Assembly (NCBI GenBank): GCA_046759445.1
Contig: JBHICG010000004.1
Location: 48,083 to 112,082, forward strand
Direction: 5' to 3'
From: Candidatus Scalinduaceae bacterium
GTDB taxonomy: Bacteria; Planctomycetota; Brocadiia; Brocadiales; Scalinduaceae
Length of the DNA: 64,000 bases
Part shown: positions 38,841-49,149 of the stretch, one piece after another
How the letters are laid out: each line of letters begins with the position of its first letter
Position numbering within the stretch: position 1 is the stretch's first letter
Notes under the pieces: model-generated
Databases searched by the model: none
Told to the model about the DNA's origin: nothing
Seen by the model: only the letters and a program-made list of their open reading frames with translations
Position numbers and translations under genes: made by a program

Positions 38841-40939
38841 AATCACTCTCCGACATATCACTGCTGTTTTTAATACTATTATCTAAAATTGTTTTACAGG
38901 TATTTATTCTTAGGGATGGATTTATTGCAGTGTCCGGTGATGACTTTTTAAGGACTCTTATCTCTTATGAATGGTCTAAGGAACCGTTTATGGCTTCTAC
39001 CTCCTTTGGTGAGGTTTCTGCTACATGGATGCCTCTTCATTTTTGGATTGTTGGTTCCTTACTAAAGATTTACATGGATTTATGGGTAATTCCAGCATTA
39101 GTAAGCCTCATTTTTTCTCTATTAACGTTAGTCATGCTATATTTAATAGCTCAACACCTTTTTAATAGTAAGGTTGGGTTGATAACAGTTCTTCTGGCAG
39201 GATTTTTTCCCTGGGAAGTATGGTTGAGTGTTTCAGGAACGGCAGCTACGATTTATCAATTTACAATTGTTACTGGTATATATTACGTATTGAAGTGGGA
39301 GGGAAGTAAAAAATCCAATAGTAAAATATTATTTTTAGCATCCCTTGCTTTTTTGGCATCGACTATGTTGAGACCGGGAGGTTGGATTTTTACGGTCGTA
39401 TTTAGTTCATATCTCTTGTACCTTATTTTTACCCGGTCAAAGAGTCCCACTGTTTATGCCAATAATGGTAATAGTAAAGAAAAATCAACAGTTACAGGAG
39501 GGTTTAAAGTTCTGGGGGGATTTACCAATTGGAAAAAGATAGAGCACAAGGGATTCATGACCATTGCAATGATTCTTTCATGGCTATTTATTGGTTATTG
39601 GTTATATTTTAATTACACTGCTTATGGTGATTTTCTCTATTTTGTCAAGCAGAGTCAACAGAGCTATCAAATGGAAGCCGCAAACCTGGATTCGCTGGCT
39701 ATTAGAATCTTTAAGTATCCGGTGATTATGTTCTTTGTATCTCCTATCATTTTTTTTTTGAGTGTCTTTTCCTTGGTGTATTTTATAAGGTCTTGGAGCA
39801 AGGCAGGTGTTGCAAGAATTTACCTATTTTTCATCCTAGCTGGACTTTTACTGTTGATATTAGGAAGCGTTCTTGGTTCTGGTACCAGGAGTACTCCGCA
39901 GAGGTATGTGATATTAAATCTAATTCTGTTCATTCCGCTTGTATCGTACATGTTTGATAACTATCTTAAACGAGATGGGTGGAAGAGTATAATATCAGTG
40001 GCTATAGCGCTTATACTTGGCCTAAATATCGTATTAAGTTTTAATTACCCGACGGCATACAGTGATGAAGCGAAGGTGGGAAGATTCTTAAGGGATCAAT
40101 GGAGGGAAAGGAGACTTAGTGAGGAAGAGATGGTTAGTGCAGAAAGGACCTTTCAGGCATACAGTAATATTCCGCTTACGGGTTATTTAGAAAGAATGTA
40201 TTCGTTGACAAATCGCTGGGCTATGCAAGTTCTGTCAAATCATCCCGAAAATTTTGTTTTTAGTATAATAGAAGATATTGATTTAGACTTGAATATGAAT
40301 CGGCGAAAAATTGCCGAATATTTTCAAAAACGTAAAATTAAATTGATTACCGTAAAATCTGAAGAAGCTGTAAAGAAGATTCCTAAGGCCTTCAATTTTG
40401 TTGGCACTGTCGGGGGGTACATGTTGTTCTCTGATGAATCAGATATTTTCAAAGGGTCAATACCTTCTCATTTAGGCAAGATTAACTATAAGATAATGAA
40501 GAATTTTGGTAATGCTGTAACTCTTTTAGGTTATAATGTTGATAATGGTTCCTTTCCGAGATATATATCGCTGTACTTGAAGCTCTTGAAAAAGACAGAA
40601 ATAGACTATAGATTTTCTGTTAAATATATAGATACCGTGGAGAAAAATATACACCACTCGGTCATTACAGCCCCACACTATGGTGCATATAATACAAGCC
40701 AGTGGAAAACAAATGAAGTCATAGAAGAACGTTTATATTTTCCTTATAAAGATGAGCTTGTACCAGATGAATATATACTAAGGCTATCTCTTATAGACCC
40801 TTATGGTGAGATGGTCGGAAAAGAATTGGATATAGGTCCCTTTTATGTTATATCATCAAAACGGGCTGTAATTAAGGAATTCTTAACTGGGGGAAAAAGA
40901 GACCCATGGCTCCTTTTCAGGGTTTTGATTACTCTTTAA
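38834..40939 (+). CDS. GT-C glycosyltransferase with C-terminal beta-sandwich-like domain
   Basis: SGDDFLR, WMPLHFW, MLRP, QRYV; C-terminal FGNAVTLLGY...TSQWKTNEVIEE. Confidence 0.72.
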   Translation: MLKSLSDISLLFLILLSKIVLQVFILRDGFIAVSGDDFLRTLISYEWSKEPFMASTSFGEVSATWMPLHFWIVGSLLKIYMDLWVIPALVSLIFSLLTLVMLYLIAQHLFNSKVGLITVLLAGFFPWEVWLSVSGTAATIYQFTIVTGIYYVLKWEGSKKSNSKILFLASLAFLASTMLRPGGWIFTVVFSSYLLYLIFTRSKSPTVYANNGNSKEKSTVTGGFKVLGGFTNWKKIEHKGFMTIAMILSWLFIGYWLYFNYTAYGDFLYFVKQSQQSYQMEAANLDSLAIRIFKYPVIMFFVSPIIFFLSVFSLVYFIRSWSKAGVARIYLFFILAGLLLLILGSVLGSGTRSTPQRYVILNLILFIPLVSYMFDNYLKRDGWKSIISVAIALILGLNIVLSFNYPTAYSDEAKVGRFLRDQWRERRLSEEEMVSAERTFQAYSNIPLTGYLERMYSLTNRWAMQVLSNHPENFVFSIIEDIDLDLNMNRRKIAEYFQKRKIKLITVKSEEAVKKIPKAFNFVGTVGGYMLFSDESDIFKGSIPSHLGKINYKIMKNFGNAVTLLGYNVDNGSFPRYISLYLKLLKKTEIDYRFSVKYIDTVEKNIHHSVITAPHYGAYNTSQWKTNEVIEERLYFPYKDELVPDEYILRLSLIDPYGEMVGKELDIGPFYVISSKRAVIKEFLTGGKRDPWLLFRVLITL

Positions 40940-40964
40940 ACTTAGTATTTGAAAAGTATGAATA

Positions 40965-42041
40965 ATGATGGTTCTTTTTTCAAAAGAAATAGTTAAAGGC
41001 ACAAGCAAGATTAAGAGGCTTTTTGATCCCCCAACTCCTTTAAGGGTTAAGAGGGCAAATCTTGCTATTACGTATTTGTGCGATAGCAAGTGTCAGATGT
41101 GTAATATATGGCAGGAATACAGAAACAAACCTGAGGAGAGAGAAAACGAAATAACATTTGATGAAATTAAAAAAATGTTAGAAGAGTCAAAATACCTTGA
41201 GTCATTAGACGAAATACTATTAACCGGTGGGGAGCCGTTTCTTAGAAACGACCTTTACAAAATCTTTCAATACATTACCTCAAAATATAAATATGCGGGC
41301 ATCGTCATATCCACCAATGGTATGCTCGGGAGACGTATAATTGAAACATTAAAAAAGATGCTCGAGTTGGATGGGGCATCAAGGATGATTCTTGTATTTT
41401 CAATTGATGGAATCGGTGAAAAGCACGATAAGATCAGGGGCATAAAAGGGGCCTTTAATAAGACCTTGGGTACGATTAAGTTAGTTAAGGAATTAGACCC
41501 GTCAATGCAGCTTGGACTCAGTTGCACGATAACACAAGAGAATTATGATGACTTTGCCTCCGTATACGAGCTTTCAAAGGAACTCCATGTAGGGTTTACT
41601 ATGAGGTTTGCGGCCACAAGTGGGAACTTTTATGCAAATAAGGAAAATAAGTATCATTGGCCGAAAGAAGTATTGGATAAAATTGAGGAAGAGATCAACA
41701 AAATAATAGATGATATTTCCAATAACCGCAATATCATAAAGAGGTTCTTTAATCCAGACACCTATTTCTTCTCCAGACTTGTAGATTATCAGAAAAATCC
41801 CAGACGCATATTTCAATGTTACTCAGGTATTCATTCATTCTTTCTTGACCCATATGGAAATGTTTATCCTTGTATATATATTGATGAATCACTTGGAAAC
41901 ATTAGAAATACACCATTTGATGAGATGTGGTTCTCTTCAAAGGCACAAAGGTTAAGAGAGTTCATTAAGAATGAGAAATGTCATTGTTGGTCTGAGTGTG
42001 AGGTTCTGCCATCGCTACAAAGAAGAATAATTAGACGATAG
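40965..42041 (+). CDS. Radical SAM protein with SPASM/twitch domain
   Basis: CDSKCQMC, TGGEPF, CYSGIHSFFLDPYGNVYPC...CHCWSEC. Confidence 0.9.
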   Translation: MMVLFSKEIVKGTSKIKRLFDPPTPLRVKRANLAITYLCDSKCQMCNIWQEYRNKPEERENEITFDEIKKMLEESKYLESLDEILLTGGEPFLRNDLYKIFQYITSKYKYAGIVISTNGMLGRRIIETLKKMLELDGASRMILVFSIDGIGEKHDKIRGIKGAFNKTLGTIKLVKELDPSMQLGLSCTITQENYDDFASVYELSKELHVGFTMRFAATSGNFYANKENKYHWPKEVLDKIEEEINKIIDDISNNRNIIKRFFNPDTYFFSRLVDYQKNPRRIFQCYSGIHSFFLDPYGNVYPCIYIDESLGNIRNTPFDEMWFSSKAQRLREFIKNEKCHCWSECEVLPSLQRRIIRR

Positions 42042-42049
42042 GCAAAATT

Positions 42050-43156
42050 ATGGCGACAAAACGGATTATCATGATTGAGCCTTGTGGTAAACGTGGTATA
42101 ATTCATTATACCCATAATTTAAGTAACGAATTAGTCAGACTTGGTCATCAAGTCTTATTGGTTACTTCCTTAGGCTTTGAAACAAAGGGGCTGAGGAGAA
42201 ACTATCAGGCTATAGAGGTTTTTGACAGGTTTATGCCCCATCCTTTCAGGTTCTGTAATTTCCTAATAAGAACGGTACGGATTAAACCCGACATTATACA
42301 CCTTCAAGGTGCAATACATCCCATTTTATATTTTTTTTTACTGAAGGTGTTGAGAAGGATATCCAGGGCTAAGTTCATCTATACAGCCCATGAGGTTATT
42401 CCAAAGGGCAAGAAATGGTATGGAAACTATGGTTTACTTACGAGACTGTACCAGATTGTCAATAGTATTATAGTTCATGCAAATACATCCAAAGAGGAAA
42501 TTGTAGGGTATTTCAATATAAAACCTGAAAAGATTTTTATTTCATTGCATGGAAACTATATTTTTTTTAGAAAGATAAGTGATGATATAGAAGATAGCAT
42601 AGAGAGATGCAGCAATCAAAAGGTAATCCTTTTTTTTGGGATAATTGAGGAAAGAAAAGGATTGATATACTTGATCCGGGCATTTTCTCAGGTGAGGAAA
42701 AAGATTTATAATGTAAGGCTTCTCATAGTTGGACAACCATTTGAGGATGTAACCCCTTATTTGAAAGAGATTAAAATATTGAATCTTCAGAGTTGGGTGG
42801 ATACCCACTTTGAGTATATTCCTGTAAAGGAAGTATCTAAGTATTTTAGGTTTGCTGACATTGTTGTTCTTCCATATATTTATGCTTCTCAGAGTGGCGT
42901 AATAGCAGCAGCTTATTCTTTTGCTAAGCCCGTAATAGCGACTAATTGTGGAGGATTATCTGAGATGGTTGAGGATGGAAAGAGTGGTTTTATCGTGCCA
43001 GCTAAAGATGTTGAAAGCCTAACCTCTGCTATGGTAAAGATATTAAAGGATGATATTTTGAGGGATAGAATGGGAAAGTATGCAGAAAGATTAGCCAGAG
43101 AGAAATTCTCCTGGGATAAGATTGCCAAGGGTATCGAGAGGATCTATGAGTCTTAA
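42050..43156 (+). CDS. GT4 glycosyltransferase
   Basis: YTAHEV, FFGIIEERKG, DIVVLPY..ASQSGV...KPVIATNCGGLSE. Confidence 0.9.
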   Translation: MATKRIIMIEPCGKRGIIHYTHNLSNELVRLGHQVLLVTSLGFETKGLRRNYQAIEVFDRFMPHPFRFCNFLIRTVRIKPDIIHLQGAIHPILYFFLLKVLRRISRAKFIYTAHEVIPKGKKWYGNYGLLTRLYQIVNSIIVHANTSKEEIVGYFNIKPEKIFISLHGNYIFFRKISDDIEDSIERCSNQKVILFFGIIEERKGLIYLIRAFSQVRKKIYNVRLLIVGQPFEDVTPYLKEIKILNLQSWVDTHFEYIPVKEVSKYFRFADIVVLPYIYASQSGVIAAAYSFAKPVIATNCGGLSEMVEDGKSGFIVPAKDVESLTSAMVKILKDDILRDRMGKYAERLAREKFSWDKIAKGIERIYES

Positions 43157-43847
43157 ACCAGAGTTATCCATCGTAATCCCTCTTTTTAATGAAGAAAGAA
43201 ATGTTGAGGTAGTAACAAAAGAACTTGTTGCAGAACTCGAAGTAAATGAAATAACTTATGAGTTAATACTCGTAGATAATGGTTCTTTTGATAGAACATC
43301 AAGGATAATAGAGGAATTAGTTGATGAAAACCCTAGAATAAAACCAATTTATTTATCTCAAAATCAAGGTTATGGAGGAGGGATTCTGGCTGGGCTGAGT
43401 GAATGTAATGGAAGGTATATAGGTTATATGTGGGGAGATAGGCAGGTAGTTGCCAAGGATGTTATAAGGATATTTAAGAAACTTAAAGACGAGGGATTAG
43501 ATTTATGTAAATCTATTCGCATCGAGCGCCATGATGGACTGAAAAGAAAGATTATTACGAAGGCATACAATTTTATATTCCCCTTTTTCTTTAGTGTATC
43601 TTCGAGGGACATAAACGGTTGTCCGAAGATGTTCAAAAGCGAACGTTTCTACGAACTCAATATTACATTGAGGGACTGGTTTATAGACCCGGAGATAATG
43701 GTTAAATCTCAAAAGAGGAATTTCAAGATCGGTGAGGTACCTGTGATCTTTTATAGTAGGAATCACGGATCTTCAAATGTTAGATTATGTACTGTTTTCG
43801 AATTCATTAAGAATATGATTTATTTTAAATTTAAAGGGATATTATGA
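43146..43847 (+). CDS. GT2, DPM-synthase-like (start revised to ATG 43146)
   Basis: IVIPLFNEE, VDNGSFD, NQGYGGG, WGDRQ, DINGCPK, DPE, EVPV.F..R..G.S. Confidence 0.82.
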   Translation: MSLKPELSIVIPLFNEERNVEVVTKELVAELEVNEITYELILVDNGSFDRTSRIIEELVDENPRIKPIYLSQNQGYGGGILAGLSECNGRYIGYMWGDRQVVAKDVIRIFKKLKDEGLDLCKSIRIERHDGLKRKIITKAYNFIFPFFFSVSSRDINGCPKMFKSERFYELNITLRDWFIDPEIMVKSQKRNFKIGEVPVIFYSRNHGSSNVRLCTVFEFIKNMIYFKFKGIL

Positions 43848-43859
43848 CATTCAGTAGAG

Positions 43860-43942
43860 CGTTTCATTAATATATTTGCATTTCAACATATGGTAGCCGC
43901 AATCTTTAGGTTGCGGCTACCTGTAAACATTTTAATGAAACG
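43860..43942. repeat. Small palindromic element with central GTAG hairpin
   Basis: CGTTTCATTAA...TTAATGAAACG ends enclosing GGTAGCCGCAA-TCTTTAGG-TTGCGGCTACC. Confidence 0.65.
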
Positions 43943-44030
43943 TTATACTAGTATAGCATTTACTGTTCGGTACGAAAACTGCTTAAGCTCAAAATACGAT
44001 CGAACAATTGCTTCAGTGAGGATTTGAGAG

Positions 44031-44158
44031 TGTCATTCCTGCCTGCCATCGGACGGGTAGGCAGGCTGAGCCCTTCGCTTTATGTCATTCTGAGCGTAGC
44101 GAAGAATCTTGACCTTGGTGTAATAGATTCTTCGGTCGCGAACTCCCTCAGAATGACA
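44031..44158. repeat. TGTCATT-type REP doublet with nested CCTGCCTGCC...GGTAGGCAGG palindrome
   Basis: TGTCATTCTGAGCGTAGCGAAGAATCT ... AGATTCTTCGGTCGCGAACTCCCTCAGAATGACA inverted pair. Confidence 0.7.
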
Positions 44159-44290
44159 AATTCCGGCATTTTGTACCACTGACAAAAATTGTGCTGAACA
44201 ATATTGGGACAAGGCCGTAGTGCTGGATTAACAATAAAATAAATATTAAGAGGTTAATAATAGAAAAAAGTATTTTTACGGGGTGATTAA

Positions 44291-45268
44291 ATGGCTGGTA
44301 ATCTAAAGGATATAAGTGCTTTTGTGACAGGTGCTACTGGATTTATAGGATCTCATCTAACCAGGAGACTTGTCCATGAAGGCGCTGAGGTTTCCATAAT
44401 CGCGAGACCAAATTCAAAAACATTCAGAATTGATGACATATTGGATAAAATAAGAATATACCGCCTGGATCTTATTGATTTTAATCTGGTTAAACAAGCA
44501 GTTAAAGATACGAAGCCCCAAAAGGTCTTCCATCTGGCAGGACATACTAATGTGGAAAGAGGTTTTAAAACAGCCAATGATTCGGTCAAAGATGTTCAAT
44601 ATACAGTGAATTTGCTTAGAAGCCTTCAGGATATAGCCCACGATTGTTTCATTTATACCGGAACCTGCGAGGAATACGGTGATAATCCAGCCCCTTTCAG
44701 AGAAGACCAAAACCCTAATCCTGTCTCAGCATATTCTGCATCTAGGGTAGCCTCAACAGCATATTGTCAGATGTTCCACAAGACCCTTGGATGTCCCATT
44801 ATTATCTTGCGTCCTTTCTTTACGTATGGACCATATCAAAAAGCTTCAAGATTTATTTCAAACGTGATTTTATCCGGATTAAAAGGCGAAGTCTTAAATA
44901 TGACATGGGGGGAACAGACGAGGGAGTTTAATTATGTTTCTGATATCGTGGACGGATTCATAAAGGCATCTGTTAATAAAGAGGCCATTGGAGAAATTAT
45001 CAATATCGGGAATGGTATTGAATTTACATTGAAAGAAATGGTTGAAAAAGTATCCGCTATAATGGGAAATCGATTGAAGGTTAAATATGGAGCTTTGCCG
45101 TATAGGCCAGGTGAAACATGGCATTTTTACTGCGATAATACTAAAGCTAAAAGACTATTGAACTGGGAGCCAAAGATGGACCTGGAAACTGGCTTGAGGA
45201 TGACTATAGATTGGTACACTAAGTTTTATAAGATTTTACTTAAGGAAGAGTCTTGTGAAGGGTGTTAG
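44291..45268 (+). CDS. NAD-dependent nucleotide-sugar epimerase/dehydratase/reductase (extended SDR)
   Basis: VTGATGFIG, FHLAG, GTCEEYG, YSASR, LRPFFTYGP, TREFNYVSD. Confidence 0.88.
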   Translation: MAGNLKDISAFVTGATGFIGSHLTRRLVHEGAEVSIIARPNSKTFRIDDILDKIRIYRLDLIDFNLVKQAVKDTKPQKVFHLAGHTNVERGFKTANDSVKDVQYTVNLLRSLQDIAHDCFIYTGTCEEYGDNPAPFREDQNPNPVSAYSASRVASTAYCQMFHKTLGCPIIILRPFFTYGPYQKASRFISNVILSGLKGEVLNMTWGEQTREFNYVSDIVDGFIKASVNKEAIGEIINIGNGIEFTLKEMVEKVSAIMGNRLKVKYGALPYRPGETWHFYCDNTKAKRLLNWEPKMDLETGLRMTIDWYTKFYKILLKEESCEGC

Positions 45269-45653
45269 GTTGATTAAATTAGACAAGAAGGAAGATCATA
45301 GAGGATGGTTTCTAAAGATATTGATGAATCATCAAATCGAAGGGAAAAGAGAGTTTGGAGAGATATATTTGAGTACTGCGTACCCTGGAGAAACAAAAGG
45401 GAATCACTATCATAATTTTGCAACTGAGTGGTTTTGCCTAATCAAAGGAAAAGCGATTCTTTCGTTAATGGACATAAAAACTAAACAGAAAGAGAATATA
45501 ATGCTTGGAGAAGAGATTCCTATGACAATAGAAGTATCTCCACAGATTGCCCATTCAGTAAAAAATCAAGGAGAAGATTCGTTGTTTCTTCTCGCTTACT
45601 CTGATACGCCATATGATCAACAGAACGCTGATAGTATCCCCTTCTCATTATAA
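45255..45653 (+). CDS. Cupin sugar isomerase/epimerase (WxcM/CapF-C-like)
   Basis: DHRGWF, PGETKGNHYH..ATEWF, IAHSV cupin motifs. Confidence 0.78.
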   Translation: MKGVRLIKLDKKEDHRGWFLKILMNHQIEGKREFGEIYLSTAYPGETKGNHYHNFATEWFCLIKGKAILSLMDIKTKQKENIMLGEEIPMTIEVSPQIAHSVKNQGEDSLFLLAYSDTPYDQQNADSIPFSL

Positions 45654-45673
45654 ATTTTTCTTACAAACCTCCT

Positions 45674-46642
45674 ATGATATCTGTAATTGTTCCAGTTTAT
45701 AATGGAGAGAAGACAATTGAGAGTTGTATAAAATCTCTCCAGAATCAGTCCTGTCCCAATGAAACGTATGAGATTATAGTTGTTGATGATGGTTCTACAG
45801 ACAGTTCACCTAATATCTTAGAAGGATTAGGCATTAGGTTTATTACTCAGCCAAATAGAGGGCCAGCAACAGCAAGGAACAGAGGTGCTCAAATAGCGAA
45901 AGGCAATATCCTGCTCTTTACGGATGCGGATTGCGTTGCTGATAAAAGATGGATAGAAGAGATGGTTAGACCTTTTAGTAATCCTGAGATAGTCGGTGTA
46001 AAAGGTTCGTACAAGACTTTACAAAAGGAGCTAATTGCCAGATTTGCGCAAGCCGAGTTTGAAGAGAGATATCGACTACAAAAGAGATTTGAATTTATAG
46101 ACTTTGTTGATTCGTATTCGGCAGGTTTCAGGAAGGATGTCTTTTTTGAAATTGGTGGATTTGATGAAAGTTTTCCATTACCTGACCATGAGGATGTTGA
46201 TCTATCTTATAGGCTTTCCAGAGCTGGAAAGAAGATGGTTTTCAATCCAAAGGCATTTATATATCATCAGCATCCAAACAGTTTGATAAGGTATTTAAGG
46301 ATAAAGTTTCGGCGAGCTTTTTGGAGAATGGTCGTTTATAAGAGATATCCAGAAAAAATATTGAAAGACACATACACACCCCCGAATTTAAAATTTCAGG
46401 TATTGTTTTTCTATTGTATTATATTTTCTTTTTTAGGAGCCTTTTTTAGTTATTATTTTGTATGTATTTTTATAATTGCTCTTCTTCTGTTTTTTTTTAC
46501 AACTATAAATTTTACATTAATTATCCTTAAAGATGATATGCGAGTAGGCCTTTTAGCTCCAGTTTTCCTCTTTTTGCGGGCATCTGCCCTTGGTTTTGGT
46601 ATAATCTATGGGGTAGTTTTCTGGAAGAATCGTATTACTTAG
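45674..46642 (+). CDS. GT2 glycosyltransferase with C-terminal TM helices
   Basis: VIVPVYN, VVDDGSTD, GPATARN, FTDADC, GGFDE, EDVDLSYR. Confidence 0.9.
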   Translation: MISVIVPVYNGEKTIESCIKSLQNQSCPNETYEIIVVDDGSTDSSPNILEGLGIRFITQPNRGPATARNRGAQIAKGNILLFTDADCVADKRWIEEMVRPFSNPEIVGVKGSYKTLQKELIARFAQAEFEERYRLQKRFEFIDFVDSYSAGFRKDVFFEIGGFDESFPLPDHEDVDLSYRLSRAGKKMVFNPKAFIYHQHPNSLIRYLRIKFRRAFWRMVVYKRYPEKILKDTYTPPNLKFQVLFFYCIIFSFLGAFFSYYFVCIFIIALLLFFFTTINFTLIILKDDMRVGLLAPVFLFLRASALGFGIIYGVVFWKNRIT

Positions 46643-46645
46643 TGG

Positions 46646-46778
46646 TAAATACGGTGACGTATTTTAACTGTCATGATATTGAGACTCTTCACTTCGTTTA
46701 GAGTGACAGGCGCTGTCATTCTGAGGATCGAAGTGACGAAGAATCTCTTGCTCGAAAGACAATACGTAACCGTATTTA
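46646..46778. repeat. MITE-like element with 18-bp terminal inverted repeats and internal TGTCATT REPs
   Basis: TAAATACGGTGACGTATT ... AATACGTAACCGTATTTA (1 mismatch); internal GAGACTCTTCAC...AGAGTGACA and TGTCATTCTGAG...GAAGAATCTC. Confidence 0.68.
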
Positions 46779-46851
46779 TGAAATGTAGTACTTAGTTTTT
46801 GTTACTGAAAATATTTATAAATATTTTCTATTTTTTGGTGAGATTATTTCA

Positions 46852-48291
46852 ATGATAAATAAAAAAAAATGTATTTCCTGTATGGTCTTCATCTTGTTTG
46901 ATGTCTTTGGTGTCTATTCAGCCGTTTATCTAACTTACTATTTAAGGATCCTTTTAAATCCTTTATTTACCTTAAACTTTTCCATTGAGAATATAAGTGA
47001 TTACTTTATCAATCCTTTCATTGTAATTATCATATGGGTTATTGTTTCAACACAAAGCGGCTTGTATGATCTGAAAAACATCGGTTCTTTTAAAAATTGG
47101 ATAAAAACACTAAATGCCAGCTTTATTACTTTAGTTTTTTTAATAACCATTTCATTTATACTCAAAAAAGAAGAGATATCTAGATCGTTAATAATTTTAT
47201 TTATTTTTTTTAATATAATATCTGTCAGCTTCTTTCGTTTTTTAGGTTGTAAAGTATTATCATGGTTTAAGGAAAAAGGGGTTTGGGGTGAGAGGGTTGC
47301 CATAATTGGGGAGAATATACATGTCACAGAAATAGCTCATCTTCTGAGAAAAAGAGGGCGTTTAGGAACTATATTTAGTGGTCACATTACTTTAAATTCA
47401 AAAAAACTCAATTTGCCACAGAATTTTGACAGTGAACTTGTTTTGGGTAGTATTGACGATGTAGAAAGTATAGTGAGAAAACATAATATTAATAGAGTAA
47501 TATTTGTTGATAAATCTCTATCAGAGGAGAAGCTGTTTCCTTTAATTGAGTTCTGTGAAAAACTTAATGTTACCTTTGAGATCTTGCCAGATCTCTATAA
47601 TCTTACAGCAAGTAAGATAAATGATGAGATAGAAGGGATTCCCTTAATACAACTTAGAGGATTTCACTTACCAAGAAGTGTTCTTTTAGTTAAAAGAACA
47701 CTCGAAACCACGATTAGTTTAATATTATGCATTTTATTGTTACCTTTTCTTATATTGGTACCTGTTTTGATAAAGTTAGAATCTAAAGGGTCAATGATCT
47801 TTAGACAAAAGCGCTATGGGAAAAATGGAATGATTTTCACATTTTATAAGTTCAGATCTATGGCCGAGGATGCTTATGTTAAAAGGACTGATCTAAAGGA
47901 GTATAATGAAAAGGGTGATTTTATTTTTAAGATCAAAGATGATCCCAGAATTACTAAAGTTGGTCGATTTATTAGGAGGTATAGCCTGGATGAATTACCA
48001 CAGTTATTTAACATTCTTAAAGGTGAGATGAGCCTGGTAGGACCAAGACCCCTTCCTGTTGAAGACTTGATTGATATAGAAAAGAGTAAATATAAGAGTT
48101 GGTTCAAATATAGATCGCAGTTACCACCAGGCCTCACAGGACTTTGGCAAGTAAGTGGAAGAAGTGAATCAGAGTTTGAAGATTTAGTTAAGGATGATCT
48201 CTATTATATTCAAAACTGGACTCTTTCGATGGATATAATGATAATCTTAAAGACATTCTATGTTGTTATTAGAGGATATGGGGCTTATTGA
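46852..48291 (+). CDS. Initiating polyprenyl-phosphate hexose-1-phosphate transferase (WcaJ/WbaP/CpsE family)
   Basis: N-terminal TMs, KFRSM, DPRITKVGRFIRRYSLDELPQLFNILKGEMSLVGPRP, PGLTGLWQVSGRS. Confidence 0.93.
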   Translation: MINKKKCISCMVFILFDVFGVYSAVYLTYYLRILLNPLFTLNFSIENISDYFINPFIVIIIWVIVSTQSGLYDLKNIGSFKNWIKTLNASFITLVFLITISFILKKEEISRSLIILFIFFNIISVSFFRFLGCKVLSWFKEKGVWGERVAIIGENIHVTEIAHLLRKRGRLGTIFSGHITLNSKKLNLPQNFDSELVLGSIDDVESIVRKHNINRVIFVDKSLSEEKLFPLIEFCEKLNVTFEILPDLYNLTASKINDEIEGIPLIQLRGFHLPRSVLLVKRTLETTISLILCILLLPFLILVPVLIKLESKGSMIFRQKRYGKNGMIFTFYKFRSMAEDAYVKRTDLKEYNEKGDFIFKIKDDPRITKVGRFIRRYSLDELPQLFNILKGEMSLVGPRPLPVEDLIDIEKSKYKSWFKYRSQLPPGLTGLWQVSGRSESEFEDLVKDDLYYIQNWTLSMDIMIILKTFYVVIRGYGAY

Positions 48292-49149
48292 ATTTTACAC
48301 ACCCTAAAACCGGGGGTGCATCGTGAATAGGTTTTGTGGGAGAAAATATGAAGATGATACTTAGAAATCTAATTTTGAAGCCTCAAAAACAATATAAAAG
48401 GGCTTGCCTATTGAAGGTATGCAAAAATATACTAAGCTGCAAGATCAATTCCTTATGATAACTAAATATATTTCCATAGGAACGATCTATTAACCATTCT
48501 CATACCATCATATACTAAGAGAAGATTTATCGTTGTTTGCATTGAAATCTATGAAAACAATCCTGAATACACAATTATTTAAACGGAGATGAATGGTTCT
48601 TAAAAATAATTTTCTGGGTGTTGTCAAGCGTATTCAAGCTATGAAATCAGCGAAAAATTTACAAACTGGACAAAAGGGAAAATTTAAAAAAAGAAATACA
48701 AGAAATTTAATCGGTGAAGCGACAATTAAGATACAACGCAAGAGACAAAATCATTATATAGTATATTCAAAGAGATTGGTAAAATTTTAATGAAACAAAA
48801 AAAGAAAAAGATATCACAAATTTACAACTATGGATATTTTACATTGACTGGATTGTTTTGAGTGAACTGTGATAAGAAAAGATGCTAGTAATAGGTTATA
48901 GTACATCTTGTCAAGTTTAAAAATAATTGCGAGAAAAGTAAAAAAGGATAAGAATTTTTCGAAGCTCATCGAAAGTATTGAGAGGAAATTGTCAATATGA
49001 AACAGGTTTTCTGGGTATAGGTGTTTTATAGAATGTTGCACCCATAAAACCTATGTTTTCAGCGCTTGGGTTTTTACATTTTGAGTTCTAAGATAGGCCT
49101 GAAAGGTTTTAATCTCCTTCACACTACACACTATGCTTTAGATTTTTTC

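Noticed and set aside
9537..42041. RiPP cluster (SPASM radical SAMs with a precursor peptide)
   Set aside because: No RRE/PqqD-like domain, credible short precursor ORF or peptide exporter seen; context is uniformly glycan-related
48593..49041. 65-aa and 75-aa ORFs in the 48.3-49.1 kb gap
   Set aside because: Low-complexity Lys-rich or antisense frames with no recognisable motifs; treated as decayed sequence
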